From Paludibacter sp. (GTDB lineage Bacteria; Bacteroidota; Bacteroidia; Bacteroidales; Paludibacteraceae), in the NCBI GenBank assembly GCA_003250325.1, contig QKGU01000212.1, positions 1 to 41,341 of the forward strand: 41,341 nucleotides of DNA, in the 5' to 3' direction. Positions 28,267-38,415 of the stretch are shown one piece after another. Below the pieces are notes generated by a model. It worked only from the letters and a program-made list of their open reading frames with translations, did no database searches and was not told where the DNA came from. The position numbers were made by a program, and so were the translations under genes. Each line of letters begins with the position of its first letter. Within the stretch, counting starts at the first letter, position 1.

Positions 28267-29178
28267 TTATTTATATTCACTGTATATTTTGTTGCCAAGA
28301 CCGGCAATTGCTCCTAAACCGTCGGATAGCTTAAGTACCCCCCAATATCTCCTTTTTATAGGAAAAAGAATCAAAATACTGGACAAAAAGCCCACAATAA
28401 TATAGATAAAACTAATAACCACTTTTTTGAATAACTTCAAAGATTCATTTTCCACTTTCAGGATATATGTAAAAGTTCCCGCCGAACGATAATTCCGCAT
28501 CATCAGCCAATTGAGTGTTGTTCTCGTTGGTGGAATGGTTTCGTAAACAATTGCTTTAGCTGACCAATATATTTTTGCTCCTTTCTTTCTTAGTTGTCTT
28601 CCAAAATATGAATCCTCAGAGCCGGTTGTATTAAACCGAAGATCGAACCAAATATCGTATTTTTGCAATGTCGTTCTTCTCATCATCAGGTTTCCGGAAG
28701 TAAGTGTATCCAGCTCATAATTATCAGGATAGTTCTCACGGGAAAACCAGCACGAAATATAATCAGGCGTATTTTCATCCATTAAAGCCAGAGCAGGTCC
28801 ACGAACAAGATCGGCGTTGTTATTCAGCATTACCTTCATCATTTCATTTAACCATTCTTCTGTAACATATTCATCATCATCAACGAAAACGATAAAATCG
28901 GGATTCAGTTCGAAAGCTTTCCGCAACATTTCATTTCTCACTTTCGACAACCCTTTCTCAGCATAATTGTGATATTTAAAATGCTCGACATCAGTATTCT
29001 CTCGCAAGAAGTCATTCATCGTTTCCTCGGCCGATTTTTCGACATCATTATCCACAACAATAATCGTGACATCGCCGATAAGCGATTTATCCAGCCTGCA
29101 ATCTTTTATACTCAAAAGCAATTTCTTAAGCAGTTCCGGCCTTTTATATGTTGGGATGGTTATAACGACTTTATTCAT
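28267..29178 (-). CDS. Glycosyltransferase family 2
   Basis: IPTYKR, VVDN, RN, FVDDD, GSED. Confidence 0.92.
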   Translation of the reverse strand: MNKVVITIPTYKRPELLKKLLLSIKDCRLDKSLIGDVTIIVVDNDVEKSAEETMNDFLRENTDVEHFKYHNYAEKGLSKVRNEMLRKAFELNPDFIVFVDDDEYVTEEWLNEMMKVMLNNNADLVRGPALALMDENTPDYISCWFSRENYPDNYELDTLTSGNLMMRRTTLQKYDIWFDLRFNTTGSEDSYFGRQLRKKGAKIYWSAKAIVYETIPPTRTTLNWLMMRNYRSAGTFTYILKVENESLKLFKKVVISFIYIIVGFLSSILILFPIKRRYWGVLKLSDGLGAIAGLGNKIYSEYK

Positions 29179-29299
29179 AATTCATAATTCATAATTCATA
29201 ATTCATAATTCATAATTCATAATTCATAATTCATAATTCATAATTCATAATTCATAATTCATAATTCATAATTCATAATTCATAATTCATAATTCATAA
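29174..29299. repeat. Perfect heptanucleotide tandem repeat (TTCATAA)x18, i.e. (TTATGAA)x18 on the coding strand
   Basis: Counted directly; contains the upstream gene's TGA (29289-29287) and the downstream gene's ATG (29178-29176). Confidence 0.97.
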
Positions 29300-30606
29300 T
29301 TATTTTTTACCGAACATATTGCATCTTTAAACCGGGTCGTAACTTCGGTGGAATTATATTCTTTCTCTGCTATTTTTATGGCATCTTTGGCAAATCTTTC
29401 CCGCAATTCTTTGTTCTCAATCATTTCCTTAATTCCTTTGGATACAGCCTCAATACTATTTTCTGTAATAACCTGAGCCCAATCGTATTTGCGTACATTT
29501 TTTACAATTGCAGTTTCTTCGGGAGCAAAAACGATAATTGGCGTTCCTGTTATCATATATTCCGGCGCTTTTGTTGGCATCGAAAGTTTTATATACTGAA
29601 TTGCCTTTGGAGCGAAATCGTATGGTAAAATAAGGAAATCAGATTCAGAAAACACTTTTGGCAATGCACTATAAGGTACAAACGAATTATGCACCACACA
29701 TTTATAATTTTTAATCCAGACCGGAATTTCAGGTGTTTGCAATACAAAGTTTACCGATAGGTTCAATTCTTCATTAATATTCTGTATAGCTTTCGCAATT
29801 AATTCCAGCGATGTATCAATTCCGAGCCCGACTCTGCCTGCGTATAATATTGTCGGATTTTTCTTTAGTTCATAATCCTTGCGTTGATATTTTTTCCAAA
29901 AATCCAGATCGATTGTATTGTGAAATGCGACTGAATCTTTTCCGTATCTCGATTTATATTCCATCGACATTTCTTCGCAAATCGTCATCAAAAGCGTGGT
30001 TTTATCCAGCAACCGCCTGAAATCCTGATCCGTTTTCTTGTCCCAATGTTTTTTAAAAAGTCCTTTTGAGTTAATCATTGTCGGCCAATCGTCCATCATG
30101 TGAAAGATCATCGGTTTTTTCAAATACGATTCTACTGCCTGACAAAACAAAATACTGCTCCTCGAAGCTGCCTGAGCATAAATAATATCCGGCTTATATT
30201 CATCGAGCCAAGCTTTAAATTCTTCAGACATCCAGGTTCTGTTTATCAACTGAAAAATCCCGAAATATTCCAACACTGGATAGAACACCTTCATGATGAT
30301 CGAGATTCTTAACTTGGATTTTTTTATCGTCAGGTTTTGAATTTTTTTTTCGGAAAACTGAATCAATCCCGATTTATATTTCCGTTGAAAATAATTAAAC
30401 GGGAATGCCCAACGATGTTCTTTCGAACCAAGTTGATAATATGTATTGCACACATCTGTGTCAATATTATCCAACAAAAGATAGCCAGAACAAGCCACTG
30501 CAAGTTTGTCTCTATCCCACCCTTTAAAAAGATTTGAAAGGGTAATCCCCCCACCTGTATCGTTATTGAATGGCTGACCAATAATCAGCACTTTTGGTAA
30601 ATCCAT
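29287..30606 (-). CDS. Glycosyltransferase (GT-B fold, GT4-like)
   Basis: TGGGITL, HMMDDW, YAGR, SMPTKAPEYM..G.P. Confidence 0.82.
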   Translation of the reverse strand: MDLPKVLIIGQPFNNDTGGGITLSNLFKGWDRDKLAVACSGYLLLDNIDTDVCNTYYQLGSKEHRWAFPFNYFQRKYKSGLIQFSEKKIQNLTIKKSKLRISIIMKVFYPVLEYFGIFQLINRTWMSEEFKAWLDEYKPDIIYAQAASRSSILFCQAVESYLKKPMIFHMMDDWPTMINSKGLFKKHWDKKTDQDFRRLLDKTTLLMTICEEMSMEYKSRYGKDSVAFHNTIDLDFWKKYQRKDYELKKNPTILYAGRVGLGIDTSLELIAKAIQNINEELNLSVNFVLQTPEIPVWIKNYKCVVHNSFVPYSALPKVFSESDFLILPYDFAPKAIQYIKLSMPTKAPEYMITGTPIIVFAPEETAIVKNVRKYDWAQVITENSIEAVSKGIKEMIENKELRERFAKDAIKIAEKEYNSTEVTTRFKDAICSVKNNYEL

Positions 30607-30628
30607 AAAAACTAATCATTAAAAATAA

Positions 30629-31888
30629 TCAATATGAGAATATTCTCACCAGTTCCTTGTCCGAAACTTCTCTTGTCACATCCGAATAACAAATCCCGAT
30701 TGAAATCCAAAGCAGCAAATAGTGAAGCGAAAAAGTCGTAACGTTAGCCGGATACAACTCTAATATCCAAAGTAATATCCAAATAGCCGCCGCTTTCGAC
30801 AGTATATTATTAGAAAAGAACATTCCTTTTATAAATGCCGGAATCGCAATCAGAAGCACAAGAGCCAGACTAATAATTCCACCTTTGAGAATTATATTCA
30901 AATAATCTGTTTCAATCATGCTGCGATAATCTGTATTCGTTCCCAAATCGATATCCGGGCAGAAATATGTTCCATTAATCCCCTTTCCTATTATCCAATC
31001 GGTGGTAGTCATGTCTTTATAAAAATAAATTTCCACACCGGTTCTGGTATCCTCGGTTCCTCTTTCGTTAAGCAGAGTGAATATATCGGGAAGTTTAATT
31101 CCAAAATTTGCTCCGCCAAAGTTTAACGCAAAAAATATCAGAATAAACGGAATGAGTGCAATGACAAAATTTTTCTTTTTAGCATAAAGATCGAGAATAT
31201 ACGAAATAACTAATGGACTTGCACTCATAATGATAAGAGCACGCCTTGCTCTGTATGCTGCAAACAAAAGACTCACAATCATTACCAAATAAGCAAAATA
31301 CTTTACTTTTTTCTTTTGGTAAATTAATGTCAGCAATATAATTCCACTGGGAACACTCAGAATTTTCACAAAATGTTCATAAGTGAACTTCGTATTATTA
31401 TTTTCGTAATCGAGATCCATCAAGTTACCAATGAACGCTACATCGTACAAGAGAAAAATGGCTCCCAAAGTAAGTATCACCAAAACAACTTTTTTATAGT
31501 ACAACAGGTTTTTGGGAAACAATAAAATCAAAGGAGCAAAATATCGAAACAATCCGCTTTCAGCATCGAACAGCATCACTTTTATGCTCGAATAATCCAA
31601 TGCAATTCCTCTTAAAACAACCGTCAGTTGCCAAATACAGTAAATAAGAAACAGAATTTTCAAATACTCGTTTTTAAATTTCCAGTCCAACAGTTTCACA
31701 GCCGATATCATGAACATTGCTATTCCGATAAGCTGAAAAAACTGACAAATTATATAGTTGACCGTTGTAGTTGTCGAGAGAGCAAAAAACGCAGTATAGA
31801 TAGTAAAACCCAACCAAAAAAGATTAAGATTTCTACTCGTTTTAATCTTATAATTCGACTTTAATATATTTTCAAAGCTCTCACTCAT
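30629..31888 (-). CDS. wzy: Putative polysaccharide polymerase Wzy
   Basis: About 10 TM segments, ARRA and DTR...IIGKG...ETDY loop motifs of O-antigen polymerase/ligase-like proteins; locus position. Confidence 0.7.
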   Translation of the reverse strand: MSESFENILKSNYKIKTSRNLNLFWLGFTIYTAFFALSTTTTVNYIICQFFQLIGIAMFMISAVKLLDWKFKNEYLKILFLIYCIWQLTVVLRGIALDYSSIKVMLFDAESGLFRYFAPLILLFPKNLLYYKKVVLVILTLGAIFLLYDVAFIGNLMDLDYENNNTKFTYEHFVKILSVPSGIILLTLIYQKKKVKYFAYLVMIVSLLFAAYRARRALIIMSASPLVISYILDLYAKKKNFVIALIPFILIFFALNFGGANFGIKLPDIFTLLNERGTEDTRTGVEIYFYKDMTTTDWIIGKGINGTYFCPDIDLGTNTDYRSMIETDYLNIILKGGIISLALVLLIAIPAFIKGMFFSNNILSKAAAIWILLWILELYPANVTTFSLHYLLLWISIGICYSDVTREVSDKELVRIFSY

Positions 31889-31903
31889 CTACAGTCACAC
31901 TTT

Positions 31904-32569
31904 CTATTTCTCATTTATTATTTGAAGAAATTTCTCTACATCAAAAAAGTTTTTTTCCACTTCCTGAAGATCCAAATCACTCCGATCCCACCATTTGCTT
32001 TCCAACAACTGTTCAATTATTTCTGGCGAAAATCGGTATTTTACAATATGAAGAGGACTCCCAACCGCAATCGCATAAGGCGGGACATCCTTATTCACCA
32101 CAGCCCCAGCTCCAATTACAGCACCGTCACCAATCGTTACTCCATCCAAAATGGTAACATTCCAGCCTATAAAAACATCGTTTCCAATCTTTATCGGTTT
32201 TCGTTCCTCAATTTTGTCCTCTTTGCTATATGTAAAACCTACCTGTTTCATGGTAGAAAAGAAAGCCGGCGAAGTTGAAATTCCATTAAGTGGATGAATC
32301 CCCCAACCACACGAAAGATTCGGTCCAATTGAGGTGAATTTTCCGATAGTTGTATTCGAAATCTGAGCATTATAACCTATGTACGATCCTTTTCCAACCT
32401 CTACATTAGTCAACGAGTGATTCATGTAAACACGGGTTTGCTTGTCCAGTTTACTTCTCGAGATATTGCTAACCAGAATATTCCAAAAAACATTATCGTA
32501 TTTCGCCATTACTTTCACCAATTCATACAAATTGTAAAAGAGATTCCGTATGTATTTGAAAATTATCAT
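31904..32569 (-). CDS. CatB/Vat-related hexapeptide O-acetyltransferase
   Basis: [10 protein letters not shown]....[37 protein letters not shown]. Confidence 0.85.
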   Translation of the reverse strand: MIIFKYIRNLFYNLYELVKVMAKYDNVFWNILVSNISRSKLDKQTRVYMNHSLTNVEVGKGSYIGYNAQISNTTIGKFTSIGPNLSCGWGIHPLNGISTSPAFFSTMKQVGFTYSKEDKIEERKPIKIGNDVFIGWNVTILDGVTIGDGAVIGAGAVVNKDVPPYAIAVGSPLHIVKYRFSPEIIEQLLESKWWDRSDLDLQEVEKNFFDVEKFLQIINEK

Positions 32570-33942
32570 TCAGTCCAGATTTTTGTGGCCGTGCCATTTA
32601 GAATTTTCTTTGTCTGTATGGAAAATACCACGCCCATAACAGCAAATAATATTGTACTCGTAATGGTAATTCCTATCAACCCAAAATGTTTCCCAAGAAA
32701 TATAGCCATTGGAATATTAATCACACTACTAAAAATAACCAGATAAAGTTGCAATTTCACTTTGCCAATTCCATTCAGAAAATACACGTGAATAGTTTGC
32801 CAAACAGAAACAATCACATAACTTGTCATTGCAGCTGAAAGCGCAAAAGGAACCGTTACCGTATCGCCGAGCCATAATTTGAATATGAACGGTGAAGCAA
32901 GCAATATAAGAATCGTCAGACCAATCAGACCAACCCAAATTTTTTCGAGCGTTTTAATCGTTGTTTTAATCCAGGTTGAATCATTTCGTGCATAAGCGTC
33001 TGTAAAAGCACTCCAAAGCGGAACTGCAATAATATTGAAACCCATTGTGATGATAGAAAACAACTTAAATGCTACATTGTATGTCGTTACATCCTGTGAG
33101 CCAAACAAATGAATAATAATGATATTGTCCGTATTAAACAGAACCAATGCTGCAATTTGTATGATAAAAAATTTCACTCCCAGACTCATCAAATCTTTAG
33201 CATATGTAAATTTTACGTATTTGAATGAAGGTGCAAACTTTTTATATTCACCATTGTAAAACCATAAACTGGAAACGATAAGCACCAATACTGGTGTAAA
33301 GCCCAAAACAGTTCCTAGATAAATTAGATTTCCCTCCGTTGTTTTTGTCAATATAAAAATAACAACCAACGAGAAGATACTGCCCAACAGATCTACAAAA
33401 GAACCTTTAGCCGGTTGTTGATTAGCAGCTAGTACAGTATTTACCAACTGAAAGACAAAACGCAGACAGAAAAACACGAAAACGATGATTGCTAAAATGG
33501 TCAGTTCATTCTCCATATCCGGAGTAGAATTCAGAATCATTGACCAATCCAGAAAAGGATTTACGATAAAAAACAAAAGCATTAATCCGCCCACAATAAT
33601 GCTTAGAATAGCATAAGTGGTACTTACGTAAATCCGAGCCAGTTCTTCTTTTCCTTCTGCCAACGCTTCGGCAAACCGATTTCTGAGTCCATATCCAAAT
33701 CCGATATCAAAAAAACTTAACCAAACCACAATAGAGCTCAACGTAAGCCAAACTCCATAACGCGAAGGATTGATATAATTTATTGTAAGTGGCACCAATA
33801 CCAAACTTATGGCAATGCTCACCCCCTTTATTATAAATGAAGCAACTATATTTTTCTTTGCCAAAAGACTTCGGGGATGTCCTTTTACAAAAAAATTGGT
33901 TATAAACTGAAATCTATCCTTCATATTTCTACTATTCATCAT
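32566..33942 (-). CDS. wzx: Oligosaccharide flippase Wzx (MOP/MATE family)
   Basis: About 12 TM segments, YGVWLTLSS...FFDIGFG.GLRN, TDNIII. Confidence 0.88.
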   Translation of the reverse strand: MMNSRNMKDRFQFITNFFVKGHPRSLLAKKNIVASFIIKGVSIAISLVLVPLTINYINPSRYGVWLTLSSIVVWLSFFDIGFGYGLRNRFAEALAEGKEELARIYVSTTYAILSIIVGGLMLLFFIVNPFLDWSMILNSTPDMENELTILAIIVFVFFCLRFVFQLVNTVLAANQQPAKGSFVDLLGSIFSLVVIFILTKTTEGNLIYLGTVLGFTPVLVLIVSSLWFYNGEYKKFAPSFKYVKFTYAKDLMSLGVKFFIIQIAALVLFNTDNIIIIHLFGSQDVTTYNVAFKLFSIITMGFNIIAVPLWSAFTDAYARNDSTWIKTTIKTLEKIWVGLIGLTILILLASPFIFKLWLGDTVTVPFALSAAMTSYVIVSVWQTIHVYFLNGIGKVKLQLYLVIFSSVINIPMAIFLGKHFGLIGITITSTILFAVMGVVFSIQTKKILNGTATKIWTE

Positions 33943-33966
33943 GCTTAATCAAAATGTTTAAAACCA

Positions 33967-36363
33967 TTATTTTTGTTCAGGTTCATACCCATATCCATAT
34001 ACATTATTCTTTTTATAGCCATAATGATAGGTATTTTTCTTAATGTCCGAAGCATTCAAAACAAAATACAGATTGTTCAACTTTTTATATTTGTAGAGTT
34101 TGGTTGCGTCTTCGATATTCTTTTTGTGAGTAAATTCCGCTCTTACAACAAACAAATTCACATCAGCCAACCTATTTAACGAAAAGCTATCCGATACGAT
34201 ACCTATAGGTGCTGTATCTATAATGATATAATCAAACTTCGTGCGCAAATCAGCCAAGAGCTTGTCAAGAGCAGGTTTTGCCAGCAACTCATTAGGATTT
34301 GGTGGAATTGGACCCGCCATTATTGCCGACAAATTTGGATGAATCCCTGTAGGTTGTACCAGTTCGTCCTTGCTAAGTTGCCCGGTAAGATACAAGGTAA
34401 TTCCACTCTTATTATCCATGTTCATATATTCGGCGAGTTTTGGTTTTCGGGTATCCAGTCCTATAACAAGAACTTTTTTATCCAAAAGTGCTAAACTCAT
34501 TGCCAGGTTAATCGCCACAAACGATTTCCCTTCACCACCAATACTTGAAACGACATTAATCACCTTTTTATCAGGAGTATCCAGTACGAATAACAAATTG
34601 GTTCTCAGTAACCTTACAACTTCAGCAAAACTATCGGTACTATTTTCTCTGATCACCACCTTTTCGCCCAGATCTGTTTTTGGCATTTCTCCCAAAACAG
34701 GAACAATCGTCATTTTCTCAAGTTCTTCTTTATTTTCAACCTGATAACGTAGTAAATCCTGAATTTTTATTATCACTACCGGAATAACCAATCCCATAAT
34801 CAATGCAAACAGCATGATCAATGATTTTTTAGGAGCAACAGGCAAACCACTGCTGTTAGGTACATCAATAATTTTGGCTATCGGTTCAACATTCGACATG
34901 TTCAGAAATTTTTCCTCTTTCTTTTGAAGCAGGAACAGAAATAATGCTTCCTTTACTCCTTGTTGCCTCTTTATCTCGGTATATTCTCTTTCCTGACGAG
35001 GAATAGCTCTTATCCGTGCTGAATTCTCACTGTTTTTTGACAACAAATCACGTTGAGCAATAAGTAAATTATTCTTTTCGTTTCTTATACTTGATTGCAC
35101 CGTACTAAACATCGATTCAATTTGAGAAGTCAGATCAATCATGGCCTGATTGCTTTCCGAAGCAATACGCGACAATTTGTTTCTGTCCAACACAAGCTTA
35201 TTATAGTTGTTTATCAACTCGTTGAGAGCCTGACTTTGAATTCCTGAACTTGCAGGAAGCAACTGAAATCTGTTTTCCCTTCTATGCATGTAATCATCCA
35301 AATCGGATATGACTGCCAGTTGAGTTTCAACATCTAACCGCTTTTGATTATAATCGCCGGTTTGCTGAATAAACATATCGGATTGAGATTTTATATCCGT
35401 AATTCCCTGATTTTGTTTATAATTTTCCACCTGACTTTCTACTTGTCCCAGTTCCCGGGCAAGCGTATTCAAACGATCTTCAATAAACTGAGCAGCCTTT
35501 GCATTCATCTGATTTTGGTCATCCATATCCTGACGGTTATATACTTCCACCAGTTTTTTCAAAAAATCTTCCCCCATTTGAATATTCGGAGTGCTGAATG
35601 AAATATTGACTACCGAAGTGGTTTTTGAAGTAAGTTCCATACTTAGCTGACTGGCTATCCAACCGGCATTGCTCATCGGGCTCATCATCCAAACATCCAC
35701 TATCATGTCATCGACAGGTTTAAATTTACCTCTCTTCAAATTAATTTTTCCGAATGGCAATTGAACAAAGTCGTCCGAAATTGAAGCTTTCGCTTTGAAC
35801 TTCTTTTTATTATATTCTCCGGTGAATTCATATTCTCCATAATGGCGAACCAAAACCTGCATGCGAACAGGTTCCACCAACTTATCGAGAATTTCGTCGG
35901 AAGCACTTAACAGAAAAGGGCAGTTGTCACCATAAAGCACATCCTTGTCGTATAAACCCAGCTTATTCCAACCAACCAGTTTTCCTATTCTCTGTAAGAA
36001 TCCAATTTGCCCAATTTCGACATAACTTACATTCAACCCGAGTTCCTTTACGACTTCGCCTACAAGAGTCGTCGTTTTCAACTGCTCGAGTTCGTTGTCA
36101 ACATTGTTTTTTTGCGTGAAAAGCCCCATTTCCTTGAAAGCCGCCATTTCGGCAGTTCCACCACCTTTCTGGTCATCTTTCAACAAAACCGTAGTTCCCA
36201 CTTCGTATCCCGGCAAAGTGAATTTCAAATTGATGTATGCAATAACAACGCACAGAAGAATAGAAGCAATAAACCACTTCCAGTGAGAAATATATTTAAA
36301 GAAAATGCCGACATAGTCAGTCTGCTTTTCATTTTCTTCTTCGAATTCAGAAAACTTATTCAT
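33967..36363 (-). CDS. wzc: Polysaccharide co-polymerase / tyrosine autokinase Wzc
   Basis: Two TMs, coiled coil, Walker A SSIGGEGKS, PPNPNELL, IIDTAP, C-terminal Tyr cluster YHYGY...YGYGY. Confidence 0.95.
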   Translation of the reverse strand: MNKFSEFEEENEKQTDYVGIFFKYISHWKWFIASILLCVVIAYINLKFTLPGYEVGTTVLLKDDQKGGGTAEMAAFKEMGLFTQKNNVDNELEQLKTTTLVGEVVKELGLNVSYVEIGQIGFLQRIGKLVGWNKLGLYDKDVLYGDNCPFLLSASDEILDKLVEPVRMQVLVRHYGEYEFTGEYNKKKFKAKASISDDFVQLPFGKINLKRGKFKPVDDMIVDVWMMSPMSNAGWIASQLSMELTSKTTSVVNISFSTPNIQMGEDFLKKLVEVYNRQDMDDQNQMNAKAAQFIEDRLNTLARELGQVESQVENYKQNQGITDIKSQSDMFIQQTGDYNQKRLDVETQLAVISDLDDYMHRRENRFQLLPASSGIQSQALNELINNYNKLVLDRNKLSRIASESNQAMIDLTSQIESMFSTVQSSIRNEKNNLLIAQRDLLSKNSENSARIRAIPRQEREYTEIKRQQGVKEALFLFLLQKKEEKFLNMSNVEPIAKIIDVPNSSGLPVAPKKSLIMLFALIMGLVIPVVIIKIQDLLRYQVENKEELEKMTIVPVLGEMPKTDLGEKVVIRENSTDSFAEVVRLLRTNLLFVLDTPDKKVINVVSSIGGEGKSFVAINLAMSLALLDKKVLVIGLDTRKPKLAEYMNMDNKSGITLYLTGQLSKDELVQPTGIHPNLSAIMAGPIPPNPNELLAKPALDKLLADLRTKFDYIIIDTAPIGIVSDSFSLNRLADVNLFVVRAEFTHKKNIEDATKLYKYKKLNNLYFVLNASDIKKNTYHYGYKKNNVYGYGYEPEQK

Positions 36364-36564
36364 ATATTCTATTTATTTAATAATGAAAAATACTAAACAA
36401 TCAATGGTCAGCATACCTGCCAACCGGTATCTATAAAAATATTCATATTTACACGACAAGAAACTAAATTCCCAAAACAATAAAATGAACATTTCCAAAA
36501 AAGATTCAATTATCAGCTGATCCCTATTGTGAAATAATGATTTTCAAGCGGGTACCGTAATTTA

Positions 36565-37407
36565 TCAGATTTTGAATACGGTAAGAATCAGACTGGTCAA
36601 GGTTAACAATAGCGAAAGAGATGAGATTCCAAATGATTCAGCAGCACCATATTTTGAAGATCTCGATTTAGAATTATTGGGTTCAACATAAACCACATCA
36701 TTTTGTTCGAGATAATATCCCGGCGAAAATATAACGTTTTTATCATTCAAATTCACCGTAATATATTCTTTTACTCCGGCAGCATTCTCTCTCAAAATCT
36801 TGACATTATCCCTTCTTCCGTAAATAGTCAAATCACCCGCCAATGCCAACCCATCAAAAATTGTCATTCTATCGTTCGATGTTTCAAATCTTCCCGGATT
36901 TGCCACTTCACCCAAAATATTAATTGTATAATTTATGATACGAATGGTAACAATCGGAGTTTCCTTGCTAAACGCAGGTGCAAGTTTTTCCAAAAGCTTG
37001 GTCTGAAGTTCCTGTCGTGTTAATCCACCTACTTTGATTCGACCAAACACAGGGAAATCAATATAGCCATCATTATCAACCAAATAAGCCTGTAACGATG
37101 GTTCAGACAAAGTAGAACCACGGTTAATCTCCGACAACTGTGGCATTACTAAATTATATATTCTGGAAGCTTCCGGCACTGAACTTACAACTGTGATTGA
37201 CAACAAATCTTTTGGTTTGATATGCGCTTCGTACAAATCGTATTTTTTTACAAACGGAGTTGGTTTTGAAGCAGATTTATCTTTATCATTAACAGATTTA
37301 TTTTCAACGCGTTGAAAGTAGGCCACATTTTTTACACTTGAACAGGAATTAAAAAAAAGTATGCTTAAAATAAAAAGTGTAACATAAACAATCTTTTTGT
37401 AAATCAT
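36565..37407 (-). CDS. wza: Polysaccharide export lipoprotein Wza
   Basis: Lipobox FNSC, YLVD.DG.IDFP.FG, LGEV..PG, ALAGDLT.YG.R, L.QNDVVYVEP. Confidence 0.93.
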   Translation of the reverse strand: MIYKKIVYVTLFILSILFFNSCSSVKNVAYFQRVENKSVNDKDKSASKPTPFVKKYDLYEAHIKPKDLLSITVVSSVPEASRIYNLVMPQLSEINRGSTLSEPSLQAYLVDNDGYIDFPVFGRIKVGGLTRQELQTKLLEKLAPAFSKETPIVTIRIINYTINILGEVANPGRFETSNDRMTIFDGLALAGDLTIYGRRDNVKILRENAAGVKEYITVNLNDKNVIFSPGYYLEQNDVVYVEPNNSKSRSSKYGAAESFGISSLSLLLTLTSLILTVFKI

Positions 37408-37753
37408 ATATAAACTATTTTGCTTGAATTTATTTAGAAATATCGATTAAAACCCGACTTAAACACCGACTGATAAGACATATTAAATGAATTAATGATC
37501 TTTTGTTTGGAGTTAAAACAAGGAATGTGTCAAAAAAGTTTTTAGCAACCGACAAAAGTTTAATTTTATCTAAAATCTGATGATTTACGCAAATTAAGTT
37601 ATTATTCGCGTTAAAATCACCGACAGTTGTAAATTTTAATTAATCTTTATTGAAAATGCAAAAGAGAACAGACGCATTTTAAGATAAAAAACATCCAAAA
37701 GAAAGAAAAACTGACCTCAAAGAAAAAATATTATCTTGTAAAACATCCTGAAT

Positions 37754-38398
37754 TCATTGAATATAGGCTTGTAATCCCATCAACTTTCGGTTGTTTTGTT
37801 TTTTCCAGAACCAATTATTTATTTTGTAAGTCACATATGCGCTTCCGGCTCCAAGTACCGCTCCAGCCAACACATCACTGGGATAATGAACCCCCAGATT
37901 CATACGAGAATAACCTACGTAGCAGGCCCACAGATATCCGGGCGCAGCCACGTACCATTTGGGATAAGCCAGTGTCAGCGATGTAGCCGTAGCAAAAGCC
38001 AAAGAGGTATGCCCCGAAGGAAAAGAAAGTTGAGGATCAGTCCCATACAACACACTACGGTTTACAATATCATCATATACAACATAAGGTCGCGGACGTT
38101 TTATAGTGTGTTTCAATCCGTATGTCAGCACTCCACTTACACCGATACTTGCGCCTACATAAAGCGTTTTTTTGAGCAAATCATCATCCTTTTCGACCAA
38201 AGCCACGACGCCCATTACTACCGGAACACTTAATGAAGTAATGGTTGTGGTATTTGATACAACCTGAGATAATTTTTCCGTCTCAGTTATTTGGTTTATA
38301 CCGCGAAGCAGTTCCGTATCAACATTTTGAGCATAAGAATTTATACTAATTGTTGATAAAGTTAGAGTAAGCAGAATAATTATCGTAAATTTGCACAT
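37754..38398 (-). CDS. PAP2-family phosphatase
   Basis: K....RPRP, SFPSGHT, SRM.LGVHYPSDV motifs. ATG 38398 is preferred because TTG 38410 lies in the promoter element. Confidence 0.92.
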   Translation of the reverse strand: MCKFTIIILLTLTLSTISINSYAQNVDTELLRGINQITETEKLSQVVSNTTTITSLSVPVVMGVVALVEKDDDLLKKTLYVGASIGVSGVLTYGLKHTIKRPRPYVVYDDIVNRSVLYGTDPQLSFPSGHTSLAFATATSLTLAYPKWYVAAPGYLWACYVGYSRMNLGVHYPSDVLAGAVLGAGSAYVTYKINNWFWKKQNNRKLMGLQAYIQ

Positions 38399-38415
38399 AT
38401 TTCTTGTCAAAGATA
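38386..38415. promoter_or_regulatory. Face-to-face -7 elements: TAAATTTG (plus, 38386-38393) and TATCTTTG (minus, 38415-38408)
   Basis: Two exact TAnnTTTG matches. Confidence 0.5.

Noticed and set aside
29174-29299. CRISPR array
   Set aside because: Pure 7-bp tandem repeat with no spacers; no cas genes in the window.
26705-30350. Homopolymer phase-variation tracts (A9 after the 26716 start codon, A9 near 30342, several A/T8)
   Set aside because: All genes are in frame and such runs are expected in very AT-rich, Lys-rich coding DNA; read-level evidence would be needed.
31904-32569. Chloramphenicol/streptogramin resistance gene
   Set aside because: The hexapeptide acetyltransferase overlaps wzx and sits in the polysaccharide operon, so O-acetylation of the polymer is more parsimonious.
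36364-36564. Small gene or structured RNA in the 200-bp wza-wzc spacer
   Set aside because: No convincing ORF, hairpin or promoter consensus could be supported by eye.
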